Assembly: GCF_001194135.2 (NCBI RefSeq)
Contig: NC_068988.1
Location: 34,520,689-34,578,513 of the forward strand
Direction of reading: 5' to 3'
Length of the DNA stretch: 57,825 bases
Source of the DNA: Octopus bimaculoides
Taxonomy: Eukaryota
Shown here: positions 38,248 through 50,674 of the stretch, piece after piece
Numbering within the stretch: the first letter of the stretch is position 1
How the letters are laid out: every line of letters starts with the position of its first letter
Program-made: the position numbers and the translations under genes
The notes under the pieces: model-generated
The model's database searches: none
Seen by the model: the letters and a program-made list of their open reading frames with translations, nothing else
What the model was told of the DNA's origin: nothing

Positions 38248-38640
38248 GGCGCAGGAGTGGCTGTGTGGTAAGTAGCTTGCTTACCAACCACATGGTCCCG
38301 GGTTCAGTCCCACTGCGTGGCATCTTGGGCAAGTGTCTTCTACTATAGCCTCGGGCCGACCAAGGCTTTGTGAGTTGATTTGGTAGACGGAAACTGAAAG
38401 AAGCCCGTCGTATATATATATATATGTGTGTGTGTGTTTGTGTGTCTGTGTTTGTCTCCCTAGCATTGCTTGACAAACGATGCTGGTGTGTTTATGTCCC
38501 CGTAACTTAGCGGTTCAGCCTAAGAGATCGATAGAATAAGTACTAGGCTTCTAAAGAATAAGTCCTGGGGTCGATTTGCTTGACTAAAGGCGGTGCTCCA
38601 GCGTGGCCACAGTATAAAAACTGAAACAAGTAAAAGAGAT
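38248..38640 (+). mobile_element. SINE family A, young full-length copy
   Basis: Complete head, TA/TG centre and tail. Confidence 0.9.
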
Positions 38641-38652
38641 ATATTAGAACTA

Positions 38653-38702
38653 CAGTAATCCCTCGACTACTGCGATGTTACGATATAGGCGAGGGATTAC
38701 TG
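38653..38702. mobile_element. 50-bp Tc1/mariner-superfamily (pogo/Tigger-like) mini-MITE
   Basis: TA-CAGTAATCCCTCG...CGAGGGATTACTG-TA: perfect 13-bp TIRs and TA target duplication. Confidence 0.8.
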
Positions 38703-39901
38703 TAATGTGGTTGTTTATGTTTGCTGTATATAAAAATAGCCTTATAAAGAAAATATACATGTCGTTGCTATAAAGAACGTATAAATACAATTGCATGTAC
38801 CAGCATGAATATTTAAGGCGACAGTCAAATAGACGATTATAATATACTCTTACATCTGGAAAATTGATGTGCTCTGGAATGAATAGCTAGAAAGTAAGTA
38901 GCTAAATGGATCACAGTCGGTATCTACGAAGAGCTTTATTGTTTTGCTGTCAACTGATCTTCTCACTTACTGAAATTATATTAAGTGGCTGAGATCTCTA
39001 CCTAGATTCTTGGTGGTATCGGTAATGGTTCTCCATCGTTCAACAACGAGGATTCAGTTATTCAGTTAACTGAATTACCTGTTCCTGAATTAACGTGTAA
39101 ATGGCCGAGTATCCTTAATGTAATTCTGAAGTAGAATCCGTGTAAAACAGTATGTGAGAAGACTGTACATTTCTGAATTACAATTTACTTGGCGGGCTTC
39201 TATACAGTTTCCATCTTTTCAACTTCACTCTTGAGGCTACTGAAAATAAAATTTGTCCATGATGCCATGCAATGGAATTGAACCTGGGACCTCGTAATTA
39301 TTTAGCGAACTTCCCTAATATTCAGCCATACTGCGCGTACTGTTAAACTTGAACACAACTTGTGATAAAATTCTTTAAAATACTAGTACAATATGTTCGG
39401 CAGGCTGGGGTAGGAGACGCTGAAGGAGCTGGGCGGTGGGATTGAACTTTGAAACGTGTGGTTGCAAAGCTTAGAACATTGATATTTACTCAGTGTGTGT
39501 ATGTGTATGCGCGCGTGCACATGCATGTGCATACATATAGTCCTACCTTGTTACGTTAAGGATTCTAATTTGGAATATTGAAACCACCTTGGTGTAGTGC
39601 TTAGTACGATTGTATGGCTTATTGAAGATACGAAGTTCGATTCTCGTAGTCGATGTTACTTCTTAGCTGTCTATGTGTCTGTCTGCATGTAACTGTGCGG
39701 ACACCATCTGATAGTACTCCGTGTAATACAAATTAAAGTATAGATATTTGTCTTTGTGTATTTCTAATCTTTCATCCAAGCAATCAAATATCAGGTGTAC
39801 AAGTGAAGCATGACGTTTGTTAATGTTAAGCCGTAACCAAGTTTAAATTCAAATGTGTTCGGCACGCAACCCACTTTTATCAAACATACCCGTTTCTTTT
39901 A

Positions 39902-39960
39902 CCAAATCTCCCTCGAATCACGTCCGATTTTAAATCGGACGTGATTCGAGGGAAGTTTGG
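39902..39960. repeat. Palindrome: 22-bp perfect stem with 1-nt loop
   Basis: tccctcgaatcacgtccgattt (39909-39930), t, aaatcggacgtgattcgaggga (39932-39953). Confidence 0.92.
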
Positions 39961-40979
39961 CTGCTATTTCCAGCAAACTGAGTGGCACTGACGAAGAGCG
40001 TGTCTAACGAAATTACATGCACGCGTATGTGCGTACGAGCACACATCCATGCGCACGTGCACACACACACACACAGAGATAAAGAGACAGATAGATAGTC
40101 TAATCAGACATTTCGTCTCTGGCTTATTCATCTGATAGAGGTGAAGTTGTGATTATGATGCCCTTTTCCGAGGAAATTAGCAATTATGAGATTAATTAGG
40201 TTTAAACTTTTTCCTAGGTCAGTACCAATTACCATTTCATAAACGTGCCAGATTACTAGCCGAGAGTCCACGCATATACACACATTTTCACACACGCGTG
40301 TAAAATTATACGCTCGTCTTTTCTCATCTTTCACACATTCTCTGATAACAGACACAAAACCCCGAAAATATATATAGCTTTAAACACACACACACATTTT
40401 TACAGACATACCCGTGCACATCCAAATACAGACAATATCTCTACACACATACAAACATACGCTCACACCAAGCCACATAGATTTTAGTTTTTGAATACAA
40501 TGCATATTCATCACAAACACGAACATCCCTTTCGTGTATAGACGTATAGTATACACACCCCTTTATACGGAAACTAGGTCTGATGGGGGGTGGGTTTCAT
40601 TGCTAATATTATTTCAGCTAATGTCAGACACTCCTCAACTTGCCTGCTGCTCTTTTTTTTCCTCTTAGTCGTCGATAAATTCGTCTGTCAACTGTCCCTT
40701 TCTGCAAACAAACCGCCAACACCCACATCTTGTTTATTACGTTACCCCAGAGATGTAAAGCATTTACTGCTTTCAGTCATTGGACAACGGCCATGCTGGG
40801 GCACTGCTTTCAAGTTTTATTCTTTTGTTTTAGTTCATCATATTGCTCTTACTAAATAGTGAGACGTGATATAACCGAACCGGCAGATACGAACACATCC
40901 ATTTATCTGTTTCTTCCGCCTTCTCTCTCTTTCTATTTTGTAGTTTCAGCTCAGAGCTGTGGCCATGCTGGGGCACCGA

Positions 40980-41012
<33 letters not shown>

Positions 41013-41399
41013 CCTCCATATTAATCACATATCTTTATATCTATCATAGCTATGTGTATATTTATATATGCGTATATCTATGTTTGTATCCATATATTTA
41101 TATATCTATTTACCTATATATGTCTAATGTATATGTATCTGTCATCGCTGTATCTATAGATAATCTATGATGTTTCTCTCTTATCTAAGCTATCGTATAT
41201 TTATAGCTATTATTCCTCCACACACACACACACACACACAAAACTGTCTTTCAAATCATAATTTCTATCTACCAAATTCCACTCAAGATATAAAGGCCAG
41301 CCCTAGGCTGTAGCAAAAAGCGGTTACCCAACAACACTTTGCTCTCCGTAACCGAACGAAACCGAACTCGTAACCACGTGGTCGACTATATATCTATTT

Positions 41400-41915
41400 A
41401 CGCATCCCCCGTTCACGTAACTTCTCGGTTTCACCACGCAATTTTTTTCTCTATGTCTGACTCACTTTTTCCTTGTTTGTGTTCTGTTGCTTTTTTTATT
41501 TTCTATTATATATCTTTTCTTCGTTGCTTTCTCTTTCTTTTTGTCCTTCTTTCTCACTTTCGTTCAACCATTCTCTTCAGTTTCTCTCTCTTTTTCTTGT
41601 CTTTCAATCATTCTTTCATTAGGCATCCCCCAACCCGCTTCCTTGTATATATTTCCTGCTACTGTTCATTTTGCTGTTTTATTTCATCCTATTTCCACTT
41701 AATATCTTTCGTTGCCAGTCTCATCACCAAAACGTTTCCCGTCTCACTTTTACTTACTATCCGTCTGTCTATATTTTCTTTCACTTTTTCTTGTTTGCGA
41801 TGAGGGAGCCTCCTATGATAATTCGAATGAAATTTTCTTTGATCCATGAACAACAGTAGACCGTCTGTTCAATTAGACCTTACCTGGGGCTAAACAGCAC
41901 TGTCTCTCTCTGTCA

Positions 41916-41951
<36 letters not shown>

Positions 41952-42231
41952 CGCCCCTGTTTCTTTCCATTACGTCTTNNNNNNNNNNNNNNNNNNNNNN
42001 NNNNNNNNNNNNNNNNNNNNNNNNNNNNNNNNNNNNNNNNNNNNNNNNNNNNNNNNNNNNNNNNNNNNNNNNNNNNNNNNNNNNNNNNNNNNNNNNNNNN
42101 NNNNNNNNNNNNNNNNNNNNNNNNNNNNNNNNNNNTCTTTGACAATCATTCTTAATGTGGAGAGGAAAGACTGTCACAGAAATGTATGTGTATCTACCTA
42201 TCTATGTATGTATCTATCTATCTATCTACAC

Positions 42232-42268
<37 letters not shown>

Positions 42269-43450
42269 TGATCAGTTTCTACATCTTAAATTTTCTTTCT
42301 TCCATGCCTTCTTAACATCTCTGTCCTTCAGTCTTCCGCTACTTTTCCCAATATTATTTCTGTCTCCTTACTTTCTGTCCATTCACCTACCTCTCTTGTT
42401 TAGACTTTTCATTTTTTGATTTATATCTTTTCATCTTTTTTCCCTTTTTTCTTTTTTTTTCTCGTTACTTTTGTCTGATTCTATAATGTCATATTTCTCT
42501 CTGTTCCTCTCTCTCTCTCTCTGTTCCTCTCTCTCTCTCTTTTCCTCCCTTCTCCAGATCTAGAAATCCCTTCTCTGTCGTTTATTTTTCCCGCTTTCTG
42601 CCACTCAATCCTTATATCTTTTTTTTTCTCTCGTTATCGCTTCTTCTCTATATAGCACTCTCTCCCCCTCTATCACTTTCTCTTAACTTTCTTTCGTAAC
42701 CCATGTATCACTCTTTTTTCCACTTATTACTCTCTTTCCTTCTCTATCACTCTTACCACATCTATTACTCCTCCCTTCTATCACTGTCCAATTCTAACAT
42801 CTTCTCCTTACTTTCACTTTTACCCCGTGTAACATTTCCCCCCTATCTATTCCCCTCTATCACTCTTTATTACCCTTCTCTTCATTACTTTAAATCGGTA
42901 ATCAGTATTTCTCTACCTTCCTTTCCTTCTCTATCGCCCTTTTCCCCCATCTAACACTGTTCTCGCCCTCTCTGTCACTCTTCCACCCGCCTTCCTCTCT
43001 TTCTCTATCATTTTCCCCCCCATCTCGTAACTCTTTCTCTCACACACGTTTCTTTATTCAAGCTTTGTTGTCTGGACCCTTCTTCTCTTTCCGTTCATTC
43101 TTCCTGCCTCTGTTATTTTTCTATTATTTATGTGCATCTTCCTCTCTGATTCTCTAATCTGCCTATTTGTTCCTATTCTTTCATATTGTATTTATCTCGT
43201 TCGTTCATTCATTCATTTATTTATGTAAGTAGTGCTATTGTCAGCCAATCTTTCTTGTTTGTCTTCCTTCGTCCGTCATTCAACATGTCCGACTTTAAAT
43301 ACTCTCTTCTCCATATCCTAGTCTCATACCAAATACAAGTTCTGATTAATATTTCATGTCTTCGTCCTCTTCTCTGCACCATATCTCAATAATTCACCTA
43401 TCTGTCTACTGAAATGAATACCTTTTTCTGAACAACAACATCAACAACAA
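41400..43450. repeat. Pyrimidine-rich (CT/TCT) low-complexity tract
   Basis: Strong C/T skew on the plus strand; the ORFs here are F/S/L-rich artefacts. Confidence 0.8.
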
Positions 43451-46004
43451 AAGAGAGAGAGATAGAGAGAGAGAAAATTACATCGCCATGCTACCTATCT
43501 GTCTCTATCTGACCTGTCTATCTTTCTATCTCAGTTTGTCTATTGGTCTGCTTGACCTGTCTACTTTTGTACTCTCTTTTTCCTTGTCATCGTCATCAAC
43601 ATCATCATCATCATCATTGCTGCTTTACGTCCACTTTTCCCAGCTGGCATAGATCGGACGGTCTTTCTTAGGATTTGGTTGACGGCTGGATACCCTTCCT
43701 TCCATAAACCCGTTTAGTCGTCTTTTATGACTCGCAAGAACGCAGTGTATCTGTTCTAGAACCGGAATACACATCACGCACACACACGCACACGCACGCA
43801 CGCACGCGCGCGCACTCACGCACGCGCACACACACACGTACGCATGCGCGCGCGCGGGCGTTGAGCGATTGAAAAGTTCATCTCACAATCAGTGTCATTA
43901 CTTGGTCATTTAAATAAGTCTTGATATGATTACTGCCACCTAAATAGAATTAGTACAAGCAGTGCGGGGGGGGGGGCTGCCCGTGCACCTATATACATGC
44001 CCGTGTGTACGTATGTGTGTATATGTGTGTGTGTGTGTACTTGAATAAATGTGTTTCTCCATATCTGTCGTCCCATTGAAACTACGGAAAGCACTGCTTT
44101 GTTTTATGCTCCATAAGCTAGCAGTTCGTCAAATGGAATTCTGTAAGTTAACCCCTTGACTTGAAAATATCTACGGTTGACATAATTTGACTAAAGCCAT
44201 TCCAACGCAGTGCTCCAGCATGGGCATGTTTCACTTCTTCCATCCTCACATTTTGCTTCCCCCCCTCTTCTTGCCCTCTCTCTTTCACAGACTCACACGT
44301 GTATACATATATGCATACATGTAAACTGTATGTTTCATTACTCATCCAGTGACCTTTAACACATGCTTACATGTTCTTTGCTGTTGTGGTTTGACCTGTG
44401 ATTGAAGACATTCCAACCATGACCTTACTGTCTGTAGAGAATGTCTAATCTATGACTACATCATATAAAAGAGACTTGATTGTTAATCCTAGCAGGACGA
44501 GTAACCCTGTAGAAGGTCATTGTCGAAGAGTTGCATGTATGTGTGTGTCTGTGCGCGTGAACCCTTCACCCTCCCACCCACACTTCCACACATTTATTGT
44601 CTGTCTGTCTCTCTCTCTGGTTTCTAGTTATGATGTTTCATCCCTGTGTTTTGTTACGTCACTTTGCCCTTACCAAACCCAGCTCTTATTGGCTATTTAA
44701 ACAGATATATTAGCTAATACAGTCAGACAGTGCTGTTTGATACGGCAGTAAGGGAAGGCAGGAGGGAAAGAAATTAATGAGTCAGACCAGAATTTCAATC
44801 ACTTTACCTTCCCATTGTTAACGCAGGGCCTGACAGATGTGGATGATGTATACTTGTACAGTTATTCACATGCGTATGCATATGGAACACAGGCATGGCC
44901 AAATGGTTAAAAAGTTTAGTTGCAATCATGAGATCTTGGATCTGGTACCCTAGAAGGGCAACTGGGGCAAATAACTTCTGTCATAGCCTTGGTTTGACAC
45001 AAATTTTGTGGACCAACAGTAAAATACATCTGCACAAATGTGTGTGCACATATACACACACATGTACATGTATACACTCACATACATATATGAATGCACA
45101 CATATACATATATATACACACATACATATATGAATACACACACACACACATGACTGAAGTGATAGTGTCAAAAGACTGAAGAAAATCATCATTAAACATG
45201 TTTTCCATGAAAATATAAAAATATACCTTAGCAAAACATTACGTTTTGACATTATGCACAAGCGTGTGCACACACACGTGCATGCACACACACATCCATT
45301 TTGGTGCTCAAAATGTACTGAAGTAGTATTTATTGATTCACAGCTGATGAATTACTCCTCCTGTTATTCTGGTTTTCCACATCTCACTGCCAACTGTATT
45401 TACCTGCATACAAGTTGACATGGTATATAATGTAAACATATAGTATAAACATTCAAACATTGTCTCTATCTTTCCAAATCTTGCTGTATTTCACTTGGAA
45501 TTTTTGATCCTCCAAAGTCATCTTAGAGTATAAGTTGACCTACCACTTTCAGCTGTAAACTTGGTCTGTAAAATTGGACCTTATGCCAGAAAAAAACAGT
45601 AGGTTCAGATTATGATATATTTATAAATATCCATAGGAGTTACCAGTTCATAACAACATGATCAAGTAATCTGGAATAAGGCACTCAAAAGCATGAGGTC
45701 TGAGCATTAGGTTTTATCTACAGCAGTGATTCCTTCAAAAGATATTTTGTGAACCTGAGGGCTCATTGGGGATTGAATGGGAGTTTGTGATCAAATCCAG
45801 TTATAAAAGAAAATAAAATAAAAATATATATAGAAACTACAAAGATAGATAGCTACACAAAAGCAGGAGGATGGCAGTACCAAAATAACTGGAGTGGTGG
45901 TGATGATAGGGAGTTGTTATATAAAGTTGTGTTACTAGGGAAGGTTATGAAGTTTGTGAAGGTGGTGGTACTTTGATCTGCTGGCAAAGAAATATCCAAA
46001 TATT

Positions 46005-46352
46005 ATGTTTGGTGTGGCTTCCTAACCACACGGACTTGGATTCAACCCCACTGTACTTCATCTTCTACTATAACCCCAAGTTGACTAAATCCTTGTCAGG
46101 AGATTTGGTAGAAGGAAACTGAAAGAAGTCTGCCATACATACATATGTATCTGTGTGTGTGTGTGTATGTCTCACAACTACTTAACAACTGGTATTGGTT
46201 TATTTACATTTCTATAACTTAGCGTTTGGCAAAAGAGACCAATAGAATTAGTACCAGACTTAAAAATAAGTATTGGGGTTGATGTGTTCAACTAAATTGT
46301 TCAAAGTAGTACCCCAGCCTGGCCACTGTCCAATGACTCAAATAAGTAAAAA
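46005..46352 (+). mobile_element. SINE family A, old diverged copy
   Basis: atttggtagaaggaaactgaaagaag, ttggcaaaagagaccaatagaat, ggccactgtccaatgact. Confidence 0.7.
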
Positions 46353-47204
46353 ATTAAGGATATGTATATATCTGCGTGTATACAGTATTCCTCTCTGTAT
46401 CCATGTATGTTCAGTATTCTTACCTACACTGTACTGTTATTCTTAGTTACTCTTACTTGTTCCCCCTGCTTTAGTGTTAACACAACCTAGTTTGCATGTG
46501 TAAATATGTACCATGTATTGTCATGCATACAGCTAGTCTTTGAACAGTGAATATTTAGACAAGTTCATCCCAACAGCCACGTTTAACTCCACTTGCATGG
46601 TGTGCAAACATCATCCCTGCAGTTTATGGATTGTTTTGTGATAATAGCAACCACTGCGTTCCAAAATTCCATCATGCAAAACACACACCCACACACACAT
46701 ACCCTCTCTCACCCTTTCTCTTTAGAAAAGATTTTTTTCCTAAAGGATTTGGAAGACGTGCTTGGCTTATAAAATAATAAGGCAGAAGCAGTATCATTCA
46801 TGTTGTCAATCACATTTCACTCATTCCCCCCCCCCAAAAAAAAAAATCAGAATAAGAGAAACAAATTGTACATATATCAAAGTTCTGCAAAGCCTCACTA
46901 TGACCACCGCCACAGCAACAAAAAAAAAAAGAACAAAAATACCTTGTAACACACAAATGACTACTAAATCATTCTGTTGATGATGAATGGCAGTGGTGAT
47001 AATAATGATGATGATTTGTAAAGTTGGCATAAATCTTGGAATTAATTAGACAAGAAAATAGGAGGCTGTAACAGTTATGCCTTTACCAAAGGTTTTATTC
47101 ACAGAATTGAATGTCATGTGATTATTTGTACTTTCAAGCTTTTTGTTCAGGGAAAAGGAGACTCCTCCTGACCCGTCTTTGAATTTCCAGTACTAGGCAT
47201 GAAG

Positions 47205-47354
47205 AGATTATTTACATTATTTACAATTGATGGATATTTGTCCTCATCTTGTTTGTTGTTAACACAACATTTTGGCTGATATACCCTCCAACCTTCATGA
47301 GGTGTGTTGGGGGAAATTTTGAACCTGGGTTCTCATTCCTAAGGTATTTTTCGA

Positions 47355-47392
<38 letters not shown>

Positions 47393-47462
47393 TCACTGCC
47401 TGGAATTGAACTTGGAATCTTGGGGTTAGTAGCCCACACTCTTAACCACTACGTCATATGCC
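47205..47462 (-). mobile_element. SINE family E (tRNA head, (aat)n, hammerhead-like motif), minus copy
   Basis: Minus strand: ggcatatgacgtagtggttaagag (A box), gttcaattcc (B box), (aat)n, acac-CTCATGA-aggttggagggtatatcagcc-AAAATGTT-gtgt. Confidence 0.85.
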
Positions 47463-47463
47463 T

Positions 47464-47722
47464 TTAGTGGTTAAGAGCACGGATTACTGACCCCAAAATT
47501 CTGAGTTCAATTCCAAACAGTGACCTGAATAATAATAATAATAATATCGAAATATACCTTAGGAATGAGAATCCAAGTTCAAAATTTCCCTAACACACCT
47601 GATGAAGGGTGGAGGGTATATCAGCTGAAACGTTGTATTAACAACAAAGATGAAGACAAATATCCGTCAAATGTAAATAAAGTAAATAATGTGCATAATT
47701 CCTCATCTCTTAAATATAGAAA
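47464..47722 (+). mobile_element. SINE family E, plus copy, back-to-back with the minus copy
   Basis: tagtggttaagagc, gagttcaattcc, (aat)n, acac-CTGATGA-agggtggagggtatatcagct-GAAACGTT-gtat. Confidence 0.85.
47595..47638 (+). ncRNA. Degenerate minimal type-I hammerhead ribozyme motif
   Basis: Intact core CTGATGA (47599-47605) and GAAACGTT; stems I and II each carry one mismatch that is correctly paired in the sister copy at 47262-47305. Confidence 0.55.
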
Positions 47723-47863
47723 TGAAGAGAGACATTCTTAAACCAGAGACCTGGCCTGAATGCTTACAAGAGAGTGGACTCTGCTAAAGACATCCAAGTG
47801 CTAAGATGCTGGTGTTAAATTGGGTGACATATTATGTCTTCTTCCTGTAATAATATTTGAACT

Positions 47864-48068
47864 AGGCGGCGAGCTGGCAGAAACATTAGCACGCTGGGTG
47901 AAATGCTTAGCGGTATTTTGTCTGTCTTTACATTCTGAGTTCAAAATTCCGCCGAGATCGACTTTGCCTTTCATCCTTTTGGGGTCGATAAATTAAGTAC
48001 CAGTTGTGTACTGGGGTTGATCTAATCCTGCTCCCAAAATTCCGGGCCTTGTGCCTAGAGTAGAAAAG
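47864..48068 (+). mobile_element. SINE family B, full length, 12-bp TSD
   Basis: TSD aatatttgaact at 47852-47863 and 48069-48080. Confidence 0.9.
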
Positions 48069-48835
48069 AATATTTGAACTTAGAATACATAGAGCAAAAG
48101 AACTAAGTCCAATGTTCTTTTACAGTTCCACCAGTCTGCAAACCTGGATTGCTACTTAAAATTCCAGGTCAACACTATTCAAACAGACCTGTGATGAAAA
48201 GTGTTCCAGCCATGACACTCTTGTCTTATATTTACACACTACAGAGTCTGACAGAAAAATGTATACACACTTCAGGAGAGGAAAAATTTTTTAATTCAGT
48301 GTTATTGCAATTTATTCAGTGTTATCACACTTTGATAAAACATCAAAAGGGGTATTTATATTCATGGAGGTACTTTTACAAGTTGAATACTTATACAGAT
48401 TTTTCCTTTCCTGAAGTGTGTATACGTTTTTTTTGGCAGACTCTGTATATATCTCACTGCACTATGAAATATGTCCTTCCTTCTTTTAAGCTGGTAAATG
48501 TTGCTGTTTTTGTTGCAGATCATTATTTCTTTAACTGGAAAGCCATTTTTATTCATTTTAAATATTACTGTCATCATCATTATTGTTGTTGATTTTAACA
48601 TCCACTTTTCCTTGCTTGCATGGATCAGATGGAATTCATTGAGATGGATTTTTTAAAGCCAAATGCCTTTCCTGTTGCTAACTGTCTCTTGTTTCCAAGC
48701 AAGTAATATTTCCCAATGAGCAGATATGGTTTCATGTAAGATTAAAAATGAAAGGCACCATGGTATGGTAGTTAATGCTCATTTACAATCATTGTGTAAT
48801 GTAAGAAATGAAGAGGCACAAATACACGCATGCAT

Positions 48836-48869
<34 letters not shown>

Positions 48870-48874
<5 letters not shown>

Positions 48875-49040
48875 TACAACAGGCATCTTTCCATTTCTGT
48901 CTACCAAATCTACTCAAAGCTTTGGTTGACCTGGGGCTCTTGTGCAAAACATTTTCTCGTAGTGCAATGCAATGGGATTGAACTCAAAACTGCCTAATTG
49001 GGAAGCAAATTTCCTAACCACACAGTCATCATACCTGCTC
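48870..49040 (-). mobile_element. SINE family A head, diverged
   Basis: tctaccaaatctactcaaagctttggttgacc...gggaagcaaatttcctaaccacacagtca. Confidence 0.6.
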
Positions 49041-50272
49041 ATATTTGAATAATTTAGCTTCTCAGAAAATAGGTAAGTGATAGTGCTATGCCTTGTGCAC
49101 TGGTTATATATACAGGTAGCATCAATGCTGTCCATGTTCAATATATTAAACACAGAAACTAAAACAAGATCTTAGATTTATAAATGGAAATACGATGCTG
49201 AAATGCTCATTTATTTCTTCTTTTGTGACAATTTTTTTAATGCTAGCATCAATTGAACTGACACTGATTACTGAGGCATTATTTTACAGCTTGACCCCTC
49301 CCTGTAAATAAACCTTAACTTGTTTTTTTTTTTCAAGTAAGAGATCTTTTAATTTTATTTCATCTGTCTTTGAAAGTATAAAAATACAGGATGACTTTTT
49401 TTAAATGCCTTGTACTGCAGAAATCAGATATATCCACTCAAAACATCATGAACAATAACTGTGGAAAACTGTTTTATATACTTGTCTATCTTTTGTTGAG
49501 GAATGTCATGTTTGAAACTATTTTTTGTTGATATATGTTAACTGAAGCAACATGTCTTGCAGAAAATTCTAATTGTACTTTTTGGTAGGTATTTAGCATT
49601 ACAGGAATAAACATGAAATTTAATTTCACAGTTAAAGGGTTTGCAAGAAATGTCAATGTAACATCAGCATTTTGTTGAAATGGTTTCAAGTGAAGACCCA
49701 CAATGTAAATATTCACACATACACACACACACACACACGTATATTAAATGTGGACAAACTACCAATTCTACTGACAAGGGATTGGTCTCAGGCTATAAGT
49801 AGAAGACACTTGCCTAAGGTGCTACGTAGTGAGATAGAACTCAAAATCTCATTATTGTAAAGTGAACTCCATAGCCATAAGCCATCTTACAGATTTTATT
49901 TACTCAACTGAAATGAACAAGCTGTCTTCTCCATATCCTTATAGAGCTTCATACATCTCCGATTCTATATATTTATATATTCATAACCCATACTGTGTTG
50001 GTACTACAGAAAGAGTCAGACCATCAACTTGTCTTCTTCAAGCAGTCATAAATGAAAAAATGTTTCACTTTGCTTCATGAGGAATCTCTCTCTACCTTCT
50101 ATTAATTTTGGTAGGTCGTCAGTTTTCTGTTATCTTTTTGCCAATAATATCAATGAGTGGTCTTTGTCCTATAATAGGATACAGATGGTTCGAAACCATA
50201 TCATCAAATCACAACATCTGGTGTTCACCAGCCAATATAAATGAGTTTTGCATGGTAGAATGTTGTTTGCTT

Positions 50273-50674
50273 GGAGACGCAATGGCCCAGTGGTTAGGGC
50301 AGCGAATTCGCAGTCATAGGATCGAGGTTTCAATTCCCAAGCCGGGCGTTGTGAGTGTTTATTGAGCGAAAACGCCTAAAGCTCCACGAGGCTCCGGCAG
50401 GGGATGGTGGCGAACCCTGCTGTTTAAAAAAAAAAAAAATAAAGGTGGCGAGCTGGCAGAAACGTTAGCATGCCGGGCGAAATGCTTAGCTGTATTTCGT
50501 CTGTCTTTATTTTCTGAGTTCAAATTCCACCGAGGTCGACTTTGCCTTTCATCCTTTCGGGGTCGATAAAGTAAGTACCAGTTACACACTGGGGTCGATG
50601 TAATCGACTTAATCCCTTAGTCTGTCCTTGTTTGTCCCCTCTATGTTTAGCCTCTTGTGGGCAATAAAGAAATA
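50273..50674 (+). mobile_element. Dimeric SINE: family C 5' half + A-rich linker + family B, within one 16-bp TSD
   Basis: TSD agaatgttgtttgctt at 50257-50272 and 50675-50690; C head 50273-50423, poly(A) ~50425-50443, B body from ~50444. Confidence 0.88.

Noticed and set aside
39988-40020. CTGACGA...CGAAA hammerhead-like string
   Set aside because: No stem II closing onto GAAA and no valid stem III or cleavage triplet.
41860-41905. Minus-strand splice donor CAG|GTAAGG
   Set aside because: It lies within the dispersed gctgtttagccccagg repeat, with no coding exon upstream.
48149-48592. 147-aa ORF
   Set aside because: AT-rich, overlaps repeat fragments, has no recognisable domain and no evident splice structure.
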